Source: Octopus bimaculoides
Lineage: Eukaryota
Length of the DNA: 39,052 nucleotides
Direction of reading: 5' to 3'
Assembly (NCBI RefSeq): GCF_001194135.2
Contig: NC_069007.1
Span: 19,736,992-19,776,043 of the forward strand
The notes under the pieces are model-generated. The model was given only the letters and a program-made list of their open reading frames with translations. It made no database searches and was not told where the DNA came from. The translations under genes were made by a program, and so were the position numbers. Of this stretch, positions 1-8,559 are shown piece by piece; position 1 is the stretch's first letter; each line of letters starts with the position of its first letter.

Positions 1-171
1 GGGGGGGGGGGCTAAATTTTGAAGTGTATTTTATTGTAGTTCGCTCAGGTTGGTATTTCTGTGTATATTACATTAACAGACGACTGCAAAGATCCATCTT
101 ACTACCTCTGTTTTTATAACTTATACCTACACGTCCCTCCTACTAACCCCAACACACCACCACATACTTAG

Positions 172-383
172 ACGTCATCGTCATCGCACTGACATCCTTC
201 AGACACCCCCATTCTCCAGATACAGAAGCTACACAATGTCTCGGATCGTACATCAATCACATTGAAGGCTACTTCCATAACAACCGACTTGTAGTGAAAC
301 AAAAAATCGTTATTTGCACCGTGAACAGCGACATCTGGAGGGATTATTTGCATATTTACTCTAATGAATACATATGCAAATAA
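172..383 (+). CDS. Putative terminal coding exon of an unidentified plus-strand gene, (D)VIVIALTSFRHPHSPDTEATQCLGSYINHIEGYFHNNRLVVKQKIVICTVNSDIWRDYLHIYSNEYICK*
   Basis: TACTAAC branch-point consensus at 141-147, C-rich tract, AG at 170-171, then 70 stop-free codons of non-repetitive sequence ending at TAA 381-383. Absent from the ORF track because the frame has no start codon. Confidence 0.4.
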
Positions 384-385
384 TC
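342..385. promoter_or_regulatory. 14-bp perfect inverted repeat with two opposed POU octamers (ATTTGCAT / ATGCAAAT)
   Basis: GATTATTTGCATAT at 342-355 and ATATGCAAATAATC at 372-385; the 16-nt spacer contains TAATGAAT. Function is unproven. Confidence 0.3.
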
Positions 386-555
386 GTTGACTTATTGCAG
401 CATAGCTAAATAACTTATTGTAAAATGAGTTAAATGACTTAACGTAGCACAGCTAAAGCTCATTGACTCGTTTCTAACTGACAACATTACAGGACATCAA
501 ATACGACCGAGATTCACACTCAGCAACATAAGAGACATAAATTATTAGGAACTGA

Positions 556-965
556 TATTCAGCACCTTCATTATATATAAAACATACATAGAGGCCTAGC
601 AGCTACATAAGCAGCAACATCGTTCCACCATTATATTGACAAAATACACAGAGGACCTAGCAGCTACATAAGCAGCAACACCGCTCCTCCATTATATTGA
701 CAACATACACGTAGAACAAGCAGCTACATAAGCAGAAACACCGTTCTTCCATTATATTGGCAACATACATGGAGGCCTAGCAGCTACATAAGCAGCAACA
801 CCGTTCCTCCATTATATTGACAACATACATGGAGGCCTAGCAGTAATATAAGCAGCAACACCGCTCTTCCATTATATATTCCAACATACATAAAGGACTA
901 GCAGCTACATACAACATCTTGCACTCCCCAACAATATTCACAACTCATATAGGACGCTAGCAGCT
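556..965. repeat. Minisatellite, about 60-bp unit, about 6 copies
   Basis: Unit CTAGCAGCTACATAAGCAGCAACACCGYTCCTCCATTATATTGACAACATACATGGAGGC recurs almost in register with the 60-nt lines. Confidence 0.9.
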
Positions 966-1029
966 ACGTATACATACACACGAACAGACAGCTATGTATG
1001 TATGCGTCTGCGTGTATGCCATTGTGTCT

Positions 1030-1170
1030 ATTCCACACCACTTGACAACTGGCGTTGGTTTGTTTACGTCTCCGTAACTTAGCGGTTTGGCAAAAGAGAC
1101 TGATGAAATAAGCGCTAGAATTTAAAAACGATAAGTATTGGGGTTCGATTTGTTCGACTAACGCCCCCCC
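1030..1170 (+). mobile_element. 3' segment of composite SINE family C/D
   Basis: CTTGACAACTGGCGTTGGTTTGTTTACGTCTCCGTAACTTAGCGGTTTGGCAAAAGAGAC is shared with copies at about 24050, 24730, 33830 and 37650 (reverse). Confidence 0.75.
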
Positions 1171-1716
1171 CCCTCCCACACACACACACACACNNNNNNN
1201 NNNNNNNNNNNNNNNNNNNNNNNNNNNNNNNNNNNNNNNNNNNNNNNNNNNNNNNNNNNNNNNNNNNNNNNNNNNNNNNNNNNNNNNNNNNNNNNNNNNN
1301 NNNNNNNNNNNNNNNNNNNNNNNNNNNNNNNNNNNNNNNNNNNNNNNNNNNNNNNNNNNNNNNNNNNNNNNNNNNNNNNNNNNNNNNNNNNNNNNNNNNN
1401 NNNNNNNNNNNNNNNNNNNNNNNNNNNNNNNNNNNNNNNNNNNNNNNNNNNNNNNNNNNNNNNNNNNNNNNNNNNNNNNNNNNNNNNNNNNNNNNNNNNN
1501 NNNNNNNNNNNNNNNNNNNNNNNNNNNNNNNNNNNNNNNNNNNNNNNNNNNNNNNNNNNNNNNNNNNNNNNNNNNNNNNNNNNNNNNNNNNNNNNNNNNN
1601 NNNNNNNNNNNNNNNNNNNNNNNNNNNNNNNNNNNNNNNNNNNNNNNNNNNNNNNNNNNNNNNNNNNNNNNNNNNNNNNNNNNNNNNNNNNNNNNNNNNN
1701 NNNNNNNNNNNNNNNN

Positions 1717-1930
1717 AAGGGATGAGGAGGGGGATGATTAATGAGAAGAAGAAAGAGGATGGTGGTGATGATGAAGGTGGTGGTGCTGGTATTGGTGATA
1801 GTGATGACGGTGGTGGCGATGATGCTGATGACGATGGTGGAGTGTAGTGATGATGGTAGAGGTGGTGGAGATGGTAGTAGTAGTGGTGGTGGTGATGGCA
1901 GCAGCGGTGATGACAATGACGACGACGATA
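1717..1930. repeat. Degenerate (GAT/GGT)n triplet repeat
   Basis: Directly visible; source of spurious His/Pro/Val-rich ORFs. Confidence 0.9.
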
Positions 1931-2334
1931 GTTAAACTGCCAAGACAACTACGACTGTGTAACAACAATACTCGAAAAAAAAAAACGAGACACTCGTCAC
2001 AAAAGACAGTGCTCCCGCCACCCACTAATTACAGCAGTAATCTATTTCTACACTAACACAAGGCCATCAACCTCTATTTTTTATTTATTTTATTTTTATA
2101 TCGTGCATTTCGTGAACCACAACGCCATTGGTTACAAATTTCCAAAAGAACCAACGGGCTCAGTACTACATTTTTTTTTAATGGCAAGAGTCGCAAGGGA
2201 TTGTCTGTGTAACTAGGGTGGAACAAATATCACGACAGATATTTGGATACTTTTGTTTGAACAAAAATGTTAACATATACTAGCAAATTTCACTAGTGTG
2301 TATGTGTGTGTGTGTGTCTTAAGCAAGAATATCA

Positions 2335-2416
2335 AACAGTGACTTCGAAATTTCGGCTAGTTGATCCATAGCCGGACGATGACTTACTTAACTGACCGAA
2401 ACTTCGAGGTTACTGT
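2335..2416. repeat. Imperfect inverted repeat / multi-stem element with hammerhead-like 3' halves in both arms
   Basis: ACAGTGACTTCGAA pairs with TTCGAGGTTACTGT (14 bp, two G-U pairs); TTTCGG/CCGAAA; internal hairpin GGCTA-N9-TAGCC. Confidence 0.5.
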
Positions 2417-2499
2417 CAATAATATCCTTGTTTGAGAGCAACCCATCAGATTGTTGTAACATTGTTATCATTATAACCGAACATAAAAACTTACATTAA

Positions 2500-2561
2500 C
2501 ATATGTGTGTGCGTGCGCGTATTCATGTATATATAAATATATGTACGTATATGTGCATATG

Positions 2562-2593
<32 letters not shown>

Positions 2594-2611
2594 CACGTAT
2601 ATACACATACG

Positions 2612-2643
<32 letters not shown>

Positions 2644-2719
2644 TATATACATACATACATATATATACGTATATACACATACGTATATATATATATATAC
2701 ATATATACATATATATACA

Positions 2720-2766
<47 letters not shown>

Positions 2767-2770
2767 ATAC
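2500..2770. repeat. Compound (TA)n/(CA)n/(TG)n microsatellite
   Basis: Directly visible. Confidence 0.95.
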
Positions 2771-2903
2771 ATCCAACCTCCACTGGGAGACACCTCGCTC
2801 TCCAGCCAGCCCACTGGCAGTCACTGACCAGACCTGCGTACCTGGAGAGCTTTCTATCAAAAGCTTCTTCCAGGCGATCTTCCCATGGGACAGTCAGCTC
2901 CAC
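2769..2903 (-). mobile_element. Fragment of an RLE-endonuclease non-LTR retrotransposon (Hero-like), endonuclease C-terminal region
   Basis: Translates to [45 protein letters not shown], matching the ELTVPWE...K..KY..L...C...GW.....P.EVG pattern recalled for Hero/R2-group restriction-like endonucleases. Confidence 0.75.
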
Positions 2904-3216
2904 ATACGTACATACACTCTTTATCTATCTACTCATCTGCGTGTGTATTTATGTATTATTCGGCTGCTTAGTTACGTAAGCAATTCAAGGGACGAGAGTT
3001 TTGTACATTGCATTGCATTGCATTGCATTGCATTGAACAAACTTCAGTAAGTCCAATGCGTGTCATTCTCAAATCTTGCGCGAGTCAGGTATCAAAATCC
3101 GAATCCAAACTATACAGTTCATAACTTTACACATTGACTTCTATTTCTGCTGTCTGTTCTACCAAGCCTGTATATACGTGAGCGCGAGTACGTATGTGTG
3201 TGTGTGTGTGTGTGTG

Positions 3217-3258
<42 letters not shown>

Positions 3259-3623
3259 CGAGTACGTGTGTTTGTGTTTGTCCGCACACGCACGCACAGA
3301 CACATATTAGTAGAAAGAGAAGTAACAAGTTTTATATGTCAAAGTGCTGCGCAATCAGTATAATGAATTAGAGTCCATTTACGTATATTTTTATACAATC
3401 ATAGAGACTTGTCAGTTCATGTTACTAATAGCTTCAAAGTTACTCAAAGCCGATGAGTAACTTAGTAACTTTAAAGCAATTCGTAAACTACAGGATGAAA
3501 AGTTTCTACAACTATGTTTATATATAGTGAACCCGAACAAAGAACAAACAATAAAAAAACAATAACGCGAGGACGTGGTACAAGTACTGTATTATCAGAT
3601 GCTCAGGAAAGGAAAGAAAAAGG

Positions 3624-3658
3624 ATTTAACGTTTCAAGCAAAGCTCTTCTTCAGACAT
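3624..3658 (-). ncRNA. Minimal hammerhead-like motif, sub-type B (PLE-type), partly decayed
   Basis: Minus strand reads ATGT-CTGAAGA-A-GAGC-TTT-GCTT-GAAAC-GTT-AAAT: core boxes intact, 4-bp stem II, palindromic ACGT stem III, stem I with one mismatch. Confidence 0.55.
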
Positions 3659-3789
3659 AGAAGAAAGCCCAAAGGAAGGGAAGACAGAAGAAGAAAATCG
3701 CCAACGATACACACGTGGCCACAATATATATGTGTGTGTGTATATATAAATTTTAGCCATTTCTCCGCAGACTAAGAAAAAACGATGAA

Positions 3790-3835
3790 CATCCTTAATC
3801 GATTTTCGAAACTTAATGGACTCTCATCAGACACG
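3790..3835 (-). ncRNA. Minimal hammerhead-like motif, sub-type A, decayed
   Basis: Minus strand reads CGTGT-CTGATGA-GAGTC-CATTAA-GTTTC-GAAA-ATCGAT-TA-AGGATG; palindromic stem III AATCGATT, UUA triplet. Confidence 0.6.
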
Positions 3836-3993
3836 TTAACATCATTCTGACAGTCTCCACAGAGACAAGCAGCCAAACTGTTTATATACTCAACAAATGC
3901 AGCAGTTACTCTGTGAAGGAGTCCCTAATTTGCATACCGAAAGTGTTTAACACTCTATGCACGTGTGTATGTGAGTGTATGTGTGTACCTATG

Positions 3994-4055
<62 letters not shown>

Positions 4056-5269
4056 ACGGTCCTCGTTAGAAATACTGTCCACAAAATCTCACTCCCAAGA
4101 CATTGGTCAGTCCGAGGATGTAATAGGTAAAGCTTACCCCAAGCTTACGCCCAGCGAGGTCAAGCCGAGAAACATGCGGCTGCGAAGTGAGTATATTAAG
4201 TAGTACGACTTGAACCCTCGACTACTTAGTTCATAATCCAGATCACTTCCACTGTGACAATCAATTATTTCTAGGGTCCAAAAACCACTAACAACTTAAG
4301 TGACACCTGGTTAATGAGGAGAATAACGTCGTAAATTCGAAGAAGTGAGGAATATATAGAAACATAACTGTTTCCTTGAAATACCGAAACGAAAATAGAA
4401 TATTTTCTGTTAAAGAAGTAGTACGGCGATGGTTGCAAACATGAGAAGCCCATAATTACTGCCGACACATATATGGCATTAGTTTTGGTGATTAATATGA
4501 ATATCTAATGCTATTCTTAATTAAATATTCCCAATCGAATTTCATTTTGCTTTTTTACTCATCCTGATACACGTAATTTAAAATGAACTGTCTCAGACAC
4601 ATACATGAATTCTTAAAATTAATGAGTTTCTCTTAAATATTGTTTCTAATTAGAGAGCCATACGTTACCAAAATGTTTTATTTTTTTACTTTCTTCCTTA
4701 TAACTGTAGTTATTAACTTTGTTTTTACCTGTTTTCTGTATCTTATATGATACACAGAACATTTTCCCCTGGCGTCCATGCTTTGTATATGATACACATT
4801 CCCATTTTTTTTTTCTTTTCAACCACCAGAGAATTTTAGGGGTCGTGAAAGGAACGTAGGAAACAAAGGTTAACTAAAAGCCTGAAAACAAACATGGACA
4901 CCTTTAGAACATATATATATACATTGTATACATATATATGTACCCCCGCTTATTTATATGCTTACACACACGTGCACACACACAAACATGTATATCACAA
5001 AATTATCATGAATTTAGATGACATGAATAAAGAAAGGTATGTTAAATATCATAAAAGATAATTCAAGACGTGCGGCCATTGTAACCAGCTCTAAATAAGA
5101 AAGGGAGATAATCTCAAACAATTCTCCGGAGAATTTTTAATTCATTAAGATTATAACTATCCGGAATATTAAACCTATGTTTACAATGTATATTTAAAAT
5201 ATTTATATGTAACCTTTATAAACGGAGCTAATCTAACTGTTTCTCCGTAGATTGAGAAACAATGGTGAG

Positions 5270-5316
5270 CAACCTTAAACGATTTTCGGGTCTTACTGGA
5301 TTCTCTTCAGAGATGT
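5270..5316 (-). ncRNA. Minimal hammerhead-like motif, sub-type A, decayed
   Basis: Minus strand reads CATCT-CTGAAGA-GAATC-CAGTAA-GACCC-GAAA-ATCGTT-TA-AGGTTG; same spacing as the 3790, 5440 and 9338 copies. Confidence 0.55.
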
Positions 5317-5439
5317 CTGTATCAGTTTGACCAATTTCAAAAGAACAGTCGACGGGGATCTTTGTCCACATACTATCAAGGTATGATATATGTAACCTAT
5401 TCAGTAGAAGTACAAACAGGGCGGATTTAGCTGTTTCTC

Positions 5440-5487
5440 CGTAGATTCGAATTTCGAATCTTATTGAATTCTCATCAGAGTCGACTA
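5440..5487 (-). ncRNA. Minimal hammerhead-like motif, sub-type A; stems II and III intact, stem I broken
   Basis: Minus strand reads CTGATGA-GAATT-CAATAA-GATTC-GAA-ATTCGAAT-C; 5-bp stem II, palindromic stem III, AUC triplet at 5446-5444. Confidence 0.6.
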
Positions 5488-5640
5488 CACGCTGAATATC
5501 CCCGAGAACTACGTTAAGGGTACACGCCTCTGTGGAGTGCTCAGCCACTTGCACGTTAATTTCACGAGCAGGCTGTTCCGTTGATCGGATCAACTGGAGC
5601 CCTCGACGTCGTAAGCGACGGAGTGCCAACAACAACAATG
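5488..5640 (+). mobile_element. 5'-truncated copy of tRNA-derived SINE family A
   Basis: Near-identical to the 3' half of copies at 8875, 25350 and 28048; ends in a GCCAAC(AAC)n tail. Confidence 0.9.
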
Positions 5641-5641
5641 C

Positions 5642-5858
5642 TGAACTCTATCGGCAACACTTCTACAAACCTTTTTGACACATTTCCCCGTTAATCGTAG
5701 AAAATTTATCAGAAATTGCTTGTTTTAATTCAGGAATTGTTTTCGGTTTCAGGGAATAAGCACGATTTTGCAATACACCCCACAAGATAAAGTCACGTGG
5801 TGTTAGGTCTGATGATCGTGATGGCCACTCAATTGCTCCACGTCGTCCCCTTATACAT
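5642..5858 (-). mobile_element. IS630/Tc1/mariner-superfamily transposase remnant (C-terminal catalytic region)
   Basis: Minus strand translates to GRRGAIEWPSRSSDLTPRDFILWGVLQNRAYSLKPKTIPELKQAISDKF, i.e. the WP.RSPDL.P.DF.LWG.LK motif; frameshifted downstream; runs into the N-gap. Confidence 0.85.
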
Positions 5859-7574
5859 NNNNNNNNNNNNNNNNNNNNNNNNNNNNNNNNNNNNNNNNNN
5901 NNNNNNNNNNNNNNNNNNNNNNNNNNNNNNNNNNNNNNNNNNNNNNNNNNNNNNNNNNNNNNNNNNNNNNNNNNNNNNNNNNNNNNNNNNNNNNNNNNNN
6001 NNNNNNNNNNNNNNNNNNNNNNNNNNNNNNNNNNNNNNNNNNNNNNNNNNNNNNNNNNNNNNNNNNNNNNNNNNNNNNNNNNNNNNNNNNNNNNNNNNNN
6101 NNNNNNNNNNNNNNNNNNNNNNNNNNNNNNNNNNNNNNNNNNNNNNNNNNNNNNNNNNNNNNNNNNNNNNNNNNNNNNNNNNNNNNNNNNNNNNNNNNNN
6201 NNNNNNNNNNNNNNNNNNNNNNNNNNNNNNNNNNNNNNNNNNNNNNNNNNNNNNNNNNNNNNNNNNNNNNNNNNNNNNNNNNNNNNNNNNNNNNNNNNNN
6301 NNNNNNNNNNNNNNNNNNNNNNNNNNNNNNNNNNNNNNNNNNNNNNNNNNNNNNNNNNNNNNNNNNNNNNNNNNNNNNNNNNNNNNNNNNNNNNNNNNNN
6401 NNNNNNNNNNNNNNNNNNNNNNNNNNNNNNNNNNNNNNNNNNNNNNNNNNNNNNNNNNNNNNNNNNNNNNNNNNNNNNNNNNNNNNNNNNNNNNNNNNNN
6501 NNNNNNNNNNNNNNNNNNNNNNNNNNNNNNNNNNNNNNNNNNNNNNNNNNNNNNNNNNNNNNNNNNNNNNNNNNNNNNTTGGATGACGTGGCTGTGATCG
6601 TTTTCAGTTAGGCATAATCTATAACAGCATTTCTCAACCTGATCATTTCGTGTCCCGTTTCGATTGGAGCCTCCAGCTGTATGAAGATTTCACCCCCACT
6701 GTAACAGACACGCACGCAGATTATTTTAATCAATTTTCTCTGTAAGTATGGTGGCTAGGGAAAAAAATAGAAAGCGCATTCCAATCTATGCACCCGTTTC
6801 CACATGTGTGCCATTTTTCACGCGAATCCACCCAGCCGTTTGGCCGTGAACCTCAAGACAAGAAAGAATACAACGGTCGGCCAACTTCAATTTATATTAG
6901 AGATTTATTTTTGTTGAGGACTGTCATGTTTGGAGCTATTTACTGTTGAGATATGTCAACTTTATTGAGGCTATGCGACTTGCAGAAAATAGCAATTCTA
7001 TTATTTTTTGGCAGATATTTTACATCATTACTTGGAATACCAGGAAATGTAATTTGACAGTAAAAGTGTTAATGAGTTCTTTGTATATGGTGCCCAGACG
7101 TACACTACAACTCATTGGGAAAAGGTTAAAAAGATGGGGGGGAAGCAGCAATATGCAAACAGAAGCAAGAGACAATGGACAGGTGATGGGGAGGACATTT
7201 TTTCTGTTAGGCACCGTATATTAACCCATTTTACAAGTGAAATCAAATATATCTATTCAAAATTTCATTATCCTTAATTGTGGAAAGCGGTTTTATATTC
7301 CAATTCATCTCTTGCTGAAGAATGTCATGTTTGAAACTATTTTCGGTTGAGGTGTGTCAAGTTTATTGTGGCAATGTGGCCAGCGCTGCTGTTACAGAAC
7401 TAGCACCCATGCCAGTGGCACATACAAAGCACCTTCTGAATATTGGGCCTCATGGAGGCAACGACAAATGACGTGCTTGAGAGGAAGAGCCATCAACAAA
7501 GAGAAATCAAAGCTGTGACAGACAGTGGTGTCACGCAAATGGCACCTGTGCCGGTGGTACATAAAAGCATCCAT

Positions 7575-8010
7575 TACACTCTCGGAGTGGTTGGCAGTAT
7601 TTCATCTGCTACTACATTCTGAGTTCAAATTTCACCAAGGTCAACTTCGCCTTTCATCCTTTCGGGGTCAATAAATTAAGTAGCAGTGAATATACCGGGG
7701 TCAATGGACTTCGCCTTTCAGGGTTAATAAATTAAGTACCAGTGATTATACCGGGGTCAATGGACTTCGCCTTTCAGGGTTAATAAATTAAGTACCAGTG
7801 ATTATACCGGGGTCAATGGACTTCACCTTTCAGGGTTAATAAATTAAGTACCAGTGAATATACCGGGGTCAATGGACTTCGCCTTTCATCCTTTCAGGGT
7901 TGATAAAATAAGTACCAGTGATTATACCGGGGGAGGGGGTCAATGTACTCGATTTAATCCCCTCCCACCAAATTTGAGGCCTTGTGCTTCCAGTAGAAAG
8001 GAATATTATT
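7575..8010 (+). mobile_element. SINE family B copy with internal 56-bp tandem amplification (about 5 units)
   Basis: Box-B-like GAGTTCAAAT, central GCCTTTCATCCTTTCGGGGTC.ATAAAT.AGTACC domain, (ATT)n tail; unit starts at 7707, 7763, 7819 and 7875. Confidence 0.85.
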
Positions 8011-8047
8011 ATTATTATTTACAATAACAACATTTTTTTTGTAAACA

Positions 8048-8053
8048 TTTATT
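8048..8053 (-). promoter_or_regulatory. Probable NFX1 polyadenylation signal AATAAA
   Basis: Minus-strand AATAAA about 380 nt downstream of the NFX1 stop codon. Confidence 0.45.
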
Positions 8054-8435
8054 ATCATAATTTTAAAGAAGCGATTATTATAATAATGTTCTTATTCAGA
8101 TATATAATTGTTTGTTGTTGTTGTTGTTGTATGTGATTTAGTTGAAGCCTGGCACAGTATTGAGTGTGGTATAAACATTTGAAAACAGTCAAAACAGTAA
8201 AAAGGGAGGAGGGGCATGGGAGGAGGGGCATGGGAGGAGGGGCAGGCTAAGACAGTCCCTAATCACTGAAGTCTTGCCCCCCCTCACTCCCACCCATGTT
8301 CAGTTTGAGGGGAGAAAAGGAAGGGGGAGACAGAGAAAGAATGATAATAAAGGGAATCAAGATAAAAAGTCAGTCTCAAATTGAGGAGGAGGAGTAGGAG
8401 GAGGATCAAAAAAAAAAAAGAAGAAGAAGGAGACA

Positions 8436-8559
8436 TTAGGTTTCCATGTCAAAGTAATCAATAATTGGTTTGGATTCCGGTTTGGCTGAGTTACCGACAA
8501 CGGATTGGTAAGACCCTTTGCTGAGAACCACACAACCTTGTTTGGAGTCTTGAGACTTC
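8436..8559 (-). CDS. NFX1: NFX1 coding exon 22 (terminal): KSQDSKQG...[11 protein letters not shown]
   Basis: AG acceptor at 8561-8560, phase 2, conserved IIDYFD, TAA at 8438-8436. Confidence 0.92.

Noticed and set aside
1115-1948. Long ORFs spanning N-gaps (also at 5797, 16339, 29908, 31466 and 36058)
   Set aside because: Their length comes from runs of X and simple repeats, not from coding sequence.
3421-3472. 10-bp inverted repeat AAGTTACTCA/TGAGTAACTT with extra GTTACT copies
   Set aside because: Short and AT-rich, with no second copy or functional context visible.
6946-7224. 92-aa ORF ending in a Tc1-like terminal sequence
   Set aside because: No transposase motif and no partner TIR could be found.
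7643-7930. CRISPR-like appearance of regular repeats (also at 556-965 and 19425-20180)
   Set aside because: Contiguous tandem units without unique spacers, no cas genes, eukaryotic context.
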